From Acidobacteriota bacterium (GTDB lineage: Bacteria > Acidobacteriota > Thermoanaerobaculia > Multivoradales > UBA5704), in the NCBI GenBank assembly GCA_040005235.1, contig JBDTZG010000025.1, forward strand, positions 13,485 to 77,484: a stretch of 64,000 bases of DNA, read 5' to 3'. Position numbers and translations under genes: made by a program. Shown in pieces: positions 10,252 through 19,230 of this stretch. Position 1 is the first letter of the stretch. Every line of letters begins with the position of its first letter. The notes beneath the pieces are model-generated. The model did no database searches. It worked only from the letters and a program-made list of their open reading frames with translations, and was not told where the DNA came from.

Positions 10252-10814
10252 AGCCGTCGCGCCCCTCGGGAGTCCGCCTCTCCGGAGGCGAATTCCGCGG
10301 CCGCGTCCTGGCGGTGCCGAAAGGAGCCCGCCCGAGCGAGGGCCGAGTCCGCGAAGCGCTCTTTTCCATCTGGGGCCAGCGCCTCGAAGGAGCCCGCCTC
10401 CTCGATCTGTTCGCCGGAAGCGGAGCGGTGGCGCTCGAAAGCATGGGGCGCGGAGCGATGAGTGCCGTGGCGGTCGAAGGAAACCCGCAGGCCCTGGAGA
10501 CGATCGAAGCCAACGCCAACAAGCTCGGCAAAGGGCTGATCGAAATTCGCAATATGATTCTACCCGCCGGACTGGCGAGGCTGGCCGAAACCGGCGAGCG
10601 CTTCGATCTTGTGTTCGCCGATCCCCCGTACGCTTTCAACGCCTACACAGGATTGCTGGAGGGCATTGCGCCGCTGCTCGCCGAGGAAGGGGAGGTGGTG
10701 ATCGAGCACTCGGCGAGAGTCCACCTCGCCACGGAAGCAGGGGGGCTCGTGCAGATCGAAGAGCGGCGGTATGGAGAGACCGCACTGTCGTTCTATCGAA
10801 GCGGAGCGGGATAG
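10248..10814 (+). CDS. rsmD: 16S rRNA (guanine966-N2)-methyltransferase RsmD
   Basis: RLSGGEFRGR, RPS..RVREALF, DLFAGSG, FADPPY, RRYGET motifs; TTGA overlap start is approximate. Confidence 0.92.
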   Translation: MKPSRPSGVRLSGGEFRGRVLAVPKGARPSEGRVREALFSIWGQRLEGARLLDLFAGSGAVALESMGRGAMSAVAVEGNPQALETIEANANKLGKGLIEIRNMILPAGLARLAETGERFDLVFADPPYAFNAYTGLLEGIAPLLAEEGEVVIEHSARVHLATEAGGLVQIEERRYGETALSFYRSGAG

Positions 10815-10835
10815 CAACTCGGCGAAGAGAGCTTC

Positions 10836-10918
10836 TCCCGGGAACGCCGAGCACCAGCTCGGCATCGCAGCGGCGACGGCGCAAAAACGGCCCAGCTGGT
10901 GCCCGGCAGCCCCGGGAA
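10836..10918. repeat. REP-like palindromic doublet, copy 1
   Basis: TCCCGGGAACGCCGAGCACCAGCTCGGCA followed by a degenerate inverted arm ending CCCGGGAA. Confidence 0.75.
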
Positions 10919-10977
10919 TGGTTCAAGATCCTTGACCTGTAAGGTATACAGTGAGCGCCGAGAGAGAGGAACCTCAA

Positions 10978-11265
10978 ATGCCCCGTGCAACGTCCCGTAC
11001 CGCGCGAATTGAGGCACGAATTGCCCCCGCGGAGCTCGCCGTGTTCCGGCGTGCCGCTGAAATTCAGGGCCGCACCCTCAGTGACTTTGTCATCGCCGCC
11101 GCTCGAGAGGCTGCGAATCGGACGATTGAAGAGGCCCACCTCATCCGCCTATCGATCGAGGATCAGCAACGGTTCGTGGACCTGCTGCTCAATCCTCCCG
11201 CGATCGCTCCGGCTCTCAATCGCGCGAAGAGCGCCCACGCTCGGCTGTTTCGCGAAGCGCGGTGA
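10978..11265 (+). CDS. DUF1778 / TacA-family RHH antitoxin
   Basis: ARIEARI...RRAAEIQGRTLSDFVIAAAREAA...IRLSIEDQQRFVDLLLNPP. Confidence 0.9.
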   Translation: MPRATSRTARIEARIAPAELAVFRRAAEIQGRTLSDFVIAAAREAANRTIEEAHLIRLSIEDQQRFVDLLLNPPAIAPALNRAKSAHARLFREAR

Positions 11266-11360
11266 TCGCCCCGTATCTCATTGAGATCCTCAGCCCATCC
11301 CATGCAAGGGCCGAGTTCTCGAGCGGGGTAGAAGCTCTCGACCGCTATTTCCGAACCAAC
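11262..11360 (+). pseudogene. N-terminal fragment of a GNAT (TacT/AtaT-like) toxin
   Basis: GTGA-coupled start; IEILSPSHARAEFSSGVEALDRYF matches the toxin N-terminus, then similarity is lost after about 32 codons. Confidence 0.8.
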
Positions 11361-11408
11361 TCATCCTGCCGCTCGCCAAGCTCGCTGCCCGCGAAGGATG
11401 AAGCGCAG

Positions 11409-11490
11409 TTCCCGGGAACGCCGAGCACCAGCTCGGCACCGCGGCGAGAGCGCAGAAAACTGCCGGGCTGGTGCTCGGCGTTCCCGGGAA
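11409..11490. repeat. REP-like palindromic doublet, copy 2
   Basis: TTCCCGGGAACGCCGAGCACCAGCTCGGCA...TGCCGGGCTGGTGCTCGGCGTTCCCGGGAA (30-bp arms, one mismatch). Confidence 0.8.
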
Positions 11491-11513
11491 CCGCAGAAGC
11501 GCGTTTCCGACCC

Positions 11514-13490
11514 CTACCGATCCCGCCGGCCGGTGATCGTCAACTGCAACAACTCCTCCGCGGAAAGCTTTCCGTAGCGGCCGACCGCCTGGCGGACGAA
11601 ATCGCCCGTCACGCCTTGAATTCGGAGTTGGACGAGCTCCTCCGCCGAAAGGCCTGGGTAGCCGGCGTTGGCCAGCTCGCGCACCCAAGGGGCGGAAACG
11701 CCTTGAATCTTCAGCTGCACCAGCTGGTCGGCGGTGAGGTCGCGATAGCCGGCAGCGGTGAGCCCGTTGGCCCATTCGGCGGAAACGCCTTGGATCTTGA
11801 GTTGTACGAGTTGATCCGACGAAAGGTCGCGATAGCCAGCGGTGTTGAGACCGCGGATCCAATTGGGCGAGACACCCTGAATCTTGAGCTGCACCAGCTG
11901 GTCGGCGGATAGATCTTTGATCCCGAGGCCGTCGAGGGCGCGAGCATAGTCGGCCGTCACGCCCTGAATTCGCATTTGCATCAGCTGGTCGAGCGTGGTG
12001 TCACGCAAGCCCAGCGATTGAATCTCGCGGGCGAAGGTGACCGAGACGTCCTGCATTGCCAGCTCGATCTGTTGCTCCGGATCGACCTTGTAGCCGATGG
12101 CGGCCATCGCCTTGGGGTAGGCGGGATCGGGGGCGAAGGTGAAGCTTCCGGAACCTTTCGCTCCGTCGAAGCGTCCTTCGAACAGGAAGCTCCCCGCTTC
12201 GCGCCGCAGCTCGAAATGCACGTCGGGGCCGGCGGTCAGCCCCACGAAATCTTTCGTCGGATAGGTCTCTCCAACATGCCAGCGGTGGCTGCCGCCGACC
12301 GATTCCCAGCTCATCGTGGATTCGAGATCGATCCGGTCGCCGTGGCGGTTCGCGGTCCAGCTGCCTCGGCGCGCGTTCGATGCCGCCACCTGGCTGGAAC
12401 CTCCGGCGCCGTTGGACGCTGCACGGACGCCACCGCCCCATTGGAGAGTCAATCCGAACGGCAGGATCGAGAGCGCGAGCAACCCGGCGATCCACGAACG
12501 CCCGGCCGGCCGGGGCGGCACTCCCGCCAGACGGCGGACGCGGTCGAGCAGAGAGCCGCCGTTGGCCGCCAGCACCCAGCGCGGCAGGGGAGCGCGCAGC
12601 CCTTCGAGATCGGCGAGCGCCCGGGCGTAGTTCAACGGGTTGCCGCAGAGGCCGACCGCGAGATCGTCGCAGCAGTGCTCCCGTTCGACGCGCACTTGGG
12701 TAGAGACCCACCAGACCGCGGGATGGAAGAAGAGCAGCGTTTCGACCGCAGCCTGGAGCAGGTTCGCGAGCGCGTCGTTCCGCCGAACGTGGGCCAGCTC
12801 GTGCGCCAGCACCGCTTCGATCTGCCAAGGCGCCAAGCCGACCAGGGTGCTGGCCGGCACGAGGATCACCGGCCGTAGCCAGCCGATCACCACGGGCACC
12901 GAAACGGCGGCCGATTCCACCAGACCCACCGCGCGGGAGACGCCCAGAAGGCGGCCGAGCTCGGCCACCCGCGCCGCCAGCTCGGCGCTCACCGGCCGAC
13001 CGGTCCCGGCCAGGCGTCGCACCTGCCGCCAGCCGCCGAGGTGGTAGATCGCGAGCAGGCCGACGCCGACGAACCAAAGGCCGAAAATCGAAGGGAGAGC
13101 CGGGGAGAGCGCGGCGCGGAAAGACGAGAGACGGAAAGCGGCCGCCGGGCTGGCCGCAGAAGCGGAAAGAGCGGAACCGGCGAGCGGGCCGACGTTCGCG
13201 GCGATCCCCTGCACCTGATTGAAGCCCGGCGATTCGATCGCGAGCCGCTCCGCCTGCTCCGTCGTCGCTGTGGCGGCGATTCGGATCGCGGTCACGACCG
13301 GTAGAAGCAACATAACGAGCAGCGCGCCGACCGCGGTGACGTAGCGGGCGGAGGCCGAACGCGATCTCAATCCGTGCAAGGCCGCAGCGGCGACGAGCCC
13401 CACGAGCGCGCCCTGCCAGAGAAAATGCACCAGCGCCCAGGCGATCGCCTGAACCGTGGGGGTTGCTGCCAGCGTGGCGATTCCGTTCAT
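11514..13490 (-). CDS. BlaR1/M56 family metallopeptidase sensor with C-terminal 29-aa repeats
   Basis: HFLWQG, HELAHVRRND, FFHPAVWW, EHCCD motifs; ATGA-coupled to blaI. Confidence 0.92.
   Translation of the reverse strand: MNGIATLAATPTVQAIAWALVHFLWQGALVGLVAAAALHGLRSRSASARYVTAVGALLVMLLLPVVTAIRIAATATTEQAERLAIESPGFNQVQGIAANVGPLAGSALSASAASPAAAFRLSSFRAALSPALPSIFGLWFVGVGLLAIYHLGGWRQVRRLAGTGRPVSAELAARVAELGRLLGVSRAVGLVESAAVSVPVVIGWLRPVILVPASTLVGLAPWQIEAVLAHELAHVRRNDALANLLQAAVETLLFFHPAVWWVSTQVRVEREHCCDDLAVGLCGNPLNYARALADLEGLRAPLPRWVLAANGGSLLDRVRRLAGVPPRPAGRSWIAGLLALSILPFGLTLQWGGGVRAASNGAGGSSQVAASNARRGSWTANRHGDRIDLESTMSWESVGGSHRWHVGETYPTKDFVGLTAGPDVHFELRREAGSFLFEGRFDGAKGSGSFTFAPDPAYPKAMAAIGYKVDPEQQIELAMQDVSVTFAREIQSLGLRDTTLDQLMQMRIQGVTADYARALDGLGIKDLSADQLVQLKIQGVSPNWIRGLNTAGYRDLSSDQLVQLKIQGVSAEWANGLTAAGYRDLTADQLVQLKIQGVSAPWVRELANAGYPGLSAEELVQLRIQGVTGDFVRQAVGRYGKLSAEELLQLTITGRRDR
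11530..12085 (-). repeat. 87-bp / 29-aa tandem coding repeats (LSADQLVQLKIQGVS)
   Basis: About 6 copies in the translation; DNA copies at 11705 and 11879 are 174 bp apart. Confidence 0.85.
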
Positions 13491-13870
13491 CGTGTATCCC
13501 CTTCGAGTCGGTCCAGCAACTCCCGAATTTCGGCCAGCTCCTCCGCCGACGACGGCCGAGAAGAAAGCGCTCTCAAGACGAGCCGGCTGGCCGAGCCGGC
13601 GAACGCGCGATCGAGCAGATCCCCCACCAGTTGGCTCTGCGTCTGCTCTTCCTTGAGCCGCGGGGTGTAGAGGTGCGCCCGCTGCGCTTCGTCGCGGGTC
13701 ACCAACCCCTTGTCGGTCATGATCTGCAGCTGCTTGAGCGTCGTGGTGTAGCCGGTGGGCGACAGCGAAGAAAGCTCGTCGTTCACCTCTTTGACCGTGC
13801 TCGCGCCGCGGCGCCAGAGCACTCGCAGGATCGCCAGCTCGGCATCGGTAGGACGGGGGATCTCGGCCAT
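13487..13870 (-). CDS. BlaI/MecI/CopY family transcriptional repressor
   Basis: PTDAELAILRVLW, YTTTLKQLQIMTDKGLV, FAGSASRLV. Confidence 0.93.
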   Translation of the reverse strand: MAEIPRPTDAELAILRVLWRRGASTVKEVNDELSSLSPTGYTTTLKQLQIMTDKGLVTRDEAQRAHLYTPRLKEEQTQSQLVGDLLDRAFAGSASRLVLRALSSRPSSAEELAEIRELLDRLEGDTR

Positions 13871-13876
13871 GGAGAG

Positions 13877-13919
13877 ACGATATACGACGATCTTCGTACT
13901 GTCAACGAAGAGTTTCGTA
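13877..13919 (-). promoter_or_regulatory. Sigma70 promoter of blaI (TTGACA-17-TATCGT) with two BlaI-type operator palindromes
   Basis: -35 at 13905-13900, -10 at 13882-13877; TACGA-N6-TCGTA at 13883-13898 and AACGA-N6-TCGTA at 13904-13919. Confidence 0.8.
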
Positions 13920-13954
13920 CTTCGCCGGACCGCGGGCGTTCTATACTCCCGTCC

Positions 13955-14962
13955 ATGTCCATCACACTCGGAATCTTCTTCGGCTTCTTTGCCTGGTTTG
14001 TCGTCCGTTACCTGCTGGCGGGGCTGTTCACCGTGGGGCAGAACGAGCGGGCGGTCAAGACCGTTCTCGGGCGCGCGCAGCGTTTGCCCGGACAGAGCAC
14101 GTTGCAGGACCCGATCGCGCAGTCGCTGCGGCCGGACGAGCGGGAGCGGTACAACTATCCGCAGTTGCGGGTGATTCCGCCGGGCGGGCCGTATTTCCGC
14201 TGGCCGTGGGAGCGGGTGCATAAGGTGTCGATTGCCACCAGCACGCTCAACATGGCGTTCGACCCGGAAAATCCGAGCGCGAATGCGGGCGGCAAGACCC
14301 TGGAGGCGGTTACCAAGGACCAGCTCAACACGGGGCTTACGGGGCAGATCCGCTACCGGGTTTCGGAGCGAAACATGTATGCCTATTTCTTTGGGGTGAA
14401 GAATCCGATCGCCCACATCATGGGCTACTTCGTTTCGATCCTGCGCGAGCGGATCGCGAACTTCGAAGCGCCGCATCCCGCGCCGTTGGCTCCGGGAAGC
14501 TTGGCGCCGGAGAGCCAGCCGCCCGATTCGACCGAGGTCTCCGGGATCTCGATCAACGACTTGCGGAAAAACCTGCGCGATCTGAACGACCACATGGACC
14601 GCGAGTCGCAGTCCTCGGCGGCGCGCTACGGCATCACGCTCGACGCCTCGTTGATCACCGAGATCGATCCGCCGGCCGAGGTCGAATCGGCGCTCGCGGC
14701 GATCAACACCGCGCACAACCACGTTTCGTCCGACATCAGCCTGGCGCACGCGGCGGCCGATCAGAAGATCGTCCAGTCCAAGCGGGCGGTCGAGATCGAG
14801 ACGCTCAAAGCGCAGGGAGAGGTCGAGCCGCTCGCGCGTTTGGCCGAACAGCTGAACGACTTGAAGAGGCAGGGGCCGCACGCGCTCTCCGCCTATCTGC
14901 GCAACGTGCGCCTCGGCCTGTTCGGCAAGGCGCAGGACGCGTTCGTCGAGGTGAAGCGATGA
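13955..14962 (+). CDS. SPFH/band 7 domain membrane protein
   Basis: N-terminal TM, FTVGQNERAV..LG, GPYFRWPWE, C-terminal AxA/coiled-coil region; ATG 7 nt after TATACT. Confidence 0.85.
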   Translation: MSITLGIFFGFFAWFVVRYLLAGLFTVGQNERAVKTVLGRAQRLPGQSTLQDPIAQSLRPDERERYNYPQLRVIPPGGPYFRWPWERVHKVSIATSTLNMAFDPENPSANAGGKTLEAVTKDQLNTGLTGQIRYRVSERNMYAYFFGVKNPIAHIMGYFVSILRERIANFEAPHPAPLAPGSLAPESQPPDSTEVSGISINDLRKNLRDLNDHMDRESQSSAARYGITLDASLITEIDPPAEVESALAAINTAHNHVSSDISLAHAAADQKIVQSKRAVEIETLKAQGEVEPLARLAEQLNDLKRQGPHALSAYLRNVRLGLFGKAQDAFVEVKR

Positions 14963-15852
14963 ACTTCCTGCTAGCCGCGTTCATCACCTTCCTGGTCATG
15001 CTGTTCCTGGTGCCCGCCTTCTTGTTCTTGGTGCGCATTCTCGGGCTCTACGCCATCGTCTACGAGCGCACCTGCCGGGTCTACGTGCTGTTCGGCAAGG
15101 TGATCGGTATCCTCGACGAACCGGGGCTGCACATCCTGCTCTTCAAGCTCGGACCGTCCGCCTTCCTGGTCAACTGGATGGGCCAGTGCCACGTGCTCGA
15201 CATGCGGCTCGACCAGGACTATCTGCGGAGCCAGCCGGTGAACTCCGAAGAAGGTGCGCCGATGGGCATCGGCGTCTGGTACGAGATGTTCATCAGCGAC
15301 CCGGTCGCCTACCTGTTCAAGAACACCGACCCGCGCGGTTCGCTCCGCGCCAACGTCAGCAACGCGACCGTTCGCTGCCTTTCCAACATGAAGCTCGCCG
15401 ACATGCTGGAGACTCGCCATCAGATGAGCGCCACGGTGCGCTCGGAGGTCTCGGAAAAATCGCACGAGTGGGGATACAAGCTCGGCTCGATCTACATCCG
15501 CAAAGTGCATTTCCGCGACGGCGGCATGATCCGCCAGATCGAGGAGAAGGTGGTAAACCGCCTGCGCCAGGTCACTTCTGCGATCAAGCAGGACGGCGCG
15601 AATCAGGTGAGCATCATCACCAGCACCGCAGAGCGCCAGGCGGCGATCGAATTCGCCAAAGCGAGCGCGATGCGGCCGCAGATCGTCGGCGCGGCGTTGA
15701 ATTCGATCTCTGAGGACCCTGAGATCGAAGCCGCGCTGTTCGAGATCCTGGAGACGCAGCGGATCGTCGAAGGAGCCGCAAGGGTGACACTGCTGCCCCA
15801 GGCGGGCGAGCTGCTCGCGAACCTGTTGGCCGGGGGCGCGAAGCGCGGGTGA
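14959..15852 (+). CDS. SPFH/band 7 domain membrane protein
   Basis: N-terminal TM, FGKVIGILDEPGLH, WGYKLGSIYI; ATGA overlap. Confidence 0.85.
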   Translation: MNFLLAAFITFLVMLFLVPAFLFLVRILGLYAIVYERTCRVYVLFGKVIGILDEPGLHILLFKLGPSAFLVNWMGQCHVLDMRLDQDYLRSQPVNSEEGAPMGIGVWYEMFISDPVAYLFKNTDPRGSLRANVSNATVRCLSNMKLADMLETRHQMSATVRSEVSEKSHEWGYKLGSIYIRKVHFRDGGMIRQIEEKVVNRLRQVTSAIKQDGANQVSIITSTAERQAAIEFAKASAMRPQIVGAALNSISEDPEIEAALFEILETQRIVEGAARVTLLPQAGELLANLLAGGAKRG

Positions 15853-18581
15853 CGAGAAGAGGTCCCACCCCGCCTGCCGGCGAGCGCCCGTGGTCTGTTT
15901 GCGACCACGCGCTGCTGGCTCTCTTCGCCGTCGCCCTCCCGGCCGCGGCGGAGTCGTCCTTTTCTGTCGAGCCGGTGGCCGACCTCGGTCTTTCGCCGAC
16001 GGTCGCGCTTCATACTGTGCCGCACGGCGAGGTACGGATCGGCGACCGGGTCGTCTTCTTTGCCTCCGACGAGGTCTCCAGCACTGAGCTTTGGGCGACG
16101 GACGGAACGCAGGCCGGTACACGGCGGGTGTTGGATGTCTCGCCCTCAGGAGGAAATCCGGCGCTCGGCGGCGGGTTCGGCCTGGTGGCGGCGCGCGACC
16201 GGGCCTTCTTTGAGACCGCCGATCCCCTGGCCGGAGGTCGCCTCTGGGTGACCGACGGCTCGCGAGAGGGGACAGTGCCGTTCTTTAACCTCGGTCTTTA
16301 CGACGAGCTGGCCGGACCTCCACCGGCGATCCAGACCGCGGTGCTCGGCCGCGATCTCCTTTTCGTGCGCGCAGGAGAAGGGGACGCCCCGGAACTCTGG
16401 CGTAGCAACGGCACGGCGGCCGGCACCCGGCGCCTGGCGTCACTCCCTGCGGATTCCTATTTCGGCGTCAAAGGGGTCGGGATGATCCCGGCGGTCGGCC
16501 GCGTCTATCTCAGTTTCCTCTCCACGGACCGCCGAGGGCAAGAGTTTTGGGTGAGCGACGGAACGGAGACGGGAACACTCCGGCTCGCCCGGTTTCCCTT
16601 CGCTGCCAACCCGAGCCCGCCGCCGCCTCTGGCCGTCGGGTCGCGGCTCTTTTTCGTCGGGTTCGACGCGGACCATGGTTTCGAGATGTGGACCTCGGAT
16701 GGCACGTCGGAGGGGACGAGGATTCTCCGTGACGTGGTCCCCGGGCGAAGGGGGCCGTTTTTCGGGTTGTTTCTGGCGGGACGACGAAATTTCTATTTCA
16801 CCTTGAGCACCCAGGTCGCAAGGGAGCTCTGGCAGAGCGACGGCACCGAAGCGGGCACCCTCAAGCTGCCGACGTTCGACGGCTCCTTCGTGCAGCCGGA
16901 GGGCGAGGTGGAGGGCTCCCTCCTGTTCTTCGAGGCCGGGGGGTTCTGGCGCACGCGAAAGGGGGCGGCACCGAGGCCCCTGGCGCCGAAACTCGACGGA
17001 TGCGGGGGGGAAGCGGCGGCGGTTCCCTTCGGCGGCAAGCTCTACCTCTTCGCCAAAGACGGTCAGAACAGCTGCCGGCTCTGGCGGACCGACGGAACCC
17101 CCGAGGGAACCCAGCTCGCGCCCGATCTCGGCGGGGACTTCAGGCTGCGCCCGCTCGGGAGCCGGCTGCTGCTCTTCTCCTCCGGCATCCCAGAGATAAG
17201 GGTCGTTGAAAACGATCGCGTTTCGGCGCTCCGCCGCCCGCGGGCCGAGCTTCGATCGGGCGCTCCGTCAAACCTGGTGCCGTGGGCGGACGGTCTTGCC
17301 TTTGCGGCGACCGGCATGGCGCGGCGCGCCATCTTCCGGTCGGACGGCACGGCGGCGGGGACTCTGCCGATCGCCTCGGGTCCGTTGTGGTCGCCGTACT
17401 ACACCGAGCTGCCGCGCGACCTCATCCCGCTCGGCGAGAACCTCGTCTACTGGTCGCCGGGCGGAATCGAGTCCTCGAACGCCTCTCTCCCCGGGGCGAA
17501 CCCGATCCATCTCGGCGAGCATCCCGTGGGCAGGTCGCTCGAAGGCCAAGCGCTTTTTTCTTATAGCGGGCGAGCCTTCTGGCTCACCCTTTCGAGCGGC
17601 GGCCACGATGTCGACCTGCATGGGACCGATGGCACGACGGCGGGGACGGGCCGGGTCGGTCGCTTATTTCCCGCGCCGGTCTCTCCGTTCGGCGGCGTGA
17701 CCTACGTGCCCGACTTCTTCGTCGTGCGGACGGAAGGCTATCTCGCGTTCTTCTTTCCCTTCGATTCGAACGAAATCTGGACCACCGATGGCACGGCGGC
17801 TGGAACGCGCCGTCTCTTCGACCTGGATGAGGCCGACGACGAAACCGGCACGCGGTTTCTTCTCGAAGGCGTCCCTTTCGACGACGGGATGTTATTTACG
17901 ACCTGGGGGCCGCAGTCGGGAATTCAATTCTGGCGAACCGACGATTCTCCGGCGGGCGTGAGCGCGATCGATCGGGTGACCACCATTTCCCCGCCGCATC
18001 GGCTGACCCGGGTGGGCTCCCTTGTCTATTTCACGGCCGACGGCCCCGGAGGGACGGAGCTCTGGGTGACCGACGGCACCCTCTTCGCGGTGCATCGGGT
18101 TCGGGACATCGTGCCCGGGCCGCAAGGCTCGTTTCCTCGGGATCTCACCGCCGTGGGGGACCGGTTGTTTTTTACCGCCGACGACGCAACGTCCGGTCGC
18201 GAGATCTGGTCGAGCGATGGCACGACCGCGGGGACGGCGCGTGTGGCGGATCTCGCTCCCGGCCCCGAGGGTTCTTTTCCGCAGCGCCTCGCCGCGGTCT
18301 CGCTCGACGGTGCGCCTCCCTTTCTCGCCTTCGCGGCAAACGACGGCGTTCACGGCCTGGAGCCCTGGTTGGGGGAAGCGGACGCAACGGGCGTCCGGCT
18401 CCTGGCGGACGTGGCCCCCGGTCGCACCTCGTCGAGCCCGGGGGAATTCCTTGCCGTAGGCTCGCGGATCTTCTTCGCCGCGACGACCCGAAGCGCCGGG
18501 CGCGAGCTGTGGGTCGCAACGCTCGAAAAGGCTGGAGCTCCTCTGCTTTCCTGTGCCTACGAGAGCCTCCGGAGGCCTTGA
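15849..18581 (+). CDS. ELWxxDGT repeat (beta-propeller) exported protein
   Basis: More than 10 copies of ELW/LW-x-(S/T)DGT-x-x-GT; signal peptide. Confidence 0.88.
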   Translation: MTRRGPTPPAGERPWSVCDHALLALFAVALPAAAESSFSVEPVADLGLSPTVALHTVPHGEVRIGDRVVFFASDEVSSTELWATDGTQAGTRRVLDVSPSGGNPALGGGFGLVAARDRAFFETADPLAGGRLWVTDGSREGTVPFFNLGLYDELAGPPPAIQTAVLGRDLLFVRAGEGDAPELWRSNGTAAGTRRLASLPADSYFGVKGVGMIPAVGRVYLSFLSTDRRGQEFWVSDGTETGTLRLARFPFAANPSPPPPLAVGSRLFFVGFDADHGFEMWTSDGTSEGTRILRDVVPGRRGPFFGLFLAGRRNFYFTLSTQVARELWQSDGTEAGTLKLPTFDGSFVQPEGEVEGSLLFFEAGGFWRTRKGAAPRPLAPKLDGCGGEAAAVPFGGKLYLFAKDGQNSCRLWRTDGTPEGTQLAPDLGGDFRLRPLGSRLLLFSSGIPEIRVVENDRVSALRRPRAELRSGAPSNLVPWADGLAFAATGMARRAIFRSDGTAAGTLPIASGPLWSPYYTELPRDLIPLGENLVYWSPGGIESSNASLPGANPIHLGEHPVGRSLEGQALFSYSGRAFWLTLSSGGHDVDLHGTDGTTAGTGRVGRLFPAPVSPFGGVTYVPDFFVVRTEGYLAFFFPFDSNEIWTTDGTAAGTRRLFDLDEADDETGTRFLLEGVPFDDGMLFTTWGPQSGIQFWRTDDSPAGVSAIDRVTTISPPHRLTRVGSLVYFTADGPGGTELWVTDGTLFAVHRVRDIVPGPQGSFPRDLTAVGDRLFFTADDATSGREIWSSDGTTAGTARVADLAPGPEGSFPQRLAAVSLDGAPPFLAFAANDGVHGLEPWLGEADATGVRLLADVAPGRTSSSPGEFLAVGSRIFFAATTRSAGRELWVATLEKAGAPLLSCAYESLRRP

Positions 18582-18602
18582 GTGAGCGGTGCGCTTTCGC
18601 GG

Positions 18603-18618
18603 TGGCACGCAGCCTGCA
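18603..18618 (+). promoter_or_regulatory. Putative sigma54 (-24/-12) promoter
   Basis: TGGCAC-GCAGC-CTGCA with the GG and GC dinucleotides correctly spaced, upstream of the 18741 gene. Confidence 0.55.
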
Positions 18619-18740
18619 ATCACCGGAAAGCGGAACCGGTCGCCCAGAGACCGGTCATGAATCCCAACGAAGTACCGCGGCTCTCTCGATTGCACCCCTG
18701 AAGTACCCGCGAGCCGCGGTCGAAGGAAAGGAGACATGGC

Positions 18741-19142
18741 ATGCGTACCCACAACAACTTCCTGCTCGCTCTCGGCACCACGGCGCTTTTGGCGCTTCCC
18801 ATTCAGGCGGCAAGTCCTGCCAATCCTCCGGCGAAGCCGATGAACGCCCCGATGGCGGCCAAGGCCGACGTAGAGACTTTTACCGGTTGGATCACCGATA
18901 ACTGTGACGGAGTCCACGGAGCGTCGACGGAGAATACGAAGGCGAAGGTCCAGGGCTGCAAGGAGCGTGGTGGTCGCGTGGTGTTCTACAACGTCGCCAC
19001 CAAGAAGTTCTACGACCTAGACAAGATCGACCTCGCGCTCGACAACGTGGGCCATCCGGTGACTGTGACCGGCGTCCGCGATTGGAACCTGATCAAGGTC
19101 GAGTCGATCGTCCCGCAGGACGGCGTTCAGAATCCCAGCTAA
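18741..19142 (+). CDS. Small exported protein (TFTGWITDxC...C, OB-fold-like)
   Basis: AAGGAG RBS, signal peptide, two Cys, VTVTG strand. Confidence 0.75.
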   Translation: MRTHNNFLLALGTTALLALPIQAASPANPPAKPMNAPMAAKADVETFTGWITDNCDGVHGASTENTKAKVQGCKERGGRVVFYNVATKKFYDLDKIDLALDNVGHPVTVTGVRDWNLIKVESIVPQDGVQNPS

Positions 19143-19230
19143 CCCCTCCTAGCCGATTCGCTCGGCTATCGTGGAAGTCCCCGCGCGGTGCCATGTCGGC
19201 ACCGCGCTTTCCGTTTAGGTGGGTCAAGCT

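Noticed and set aside
11262-11912. 216-aa ORF as an intact GNAT toxin
   Set aside because: Only the first ~32 aa are toxin-like; the rest reads through the REP doublet and antisense to the BlaR1 repeats
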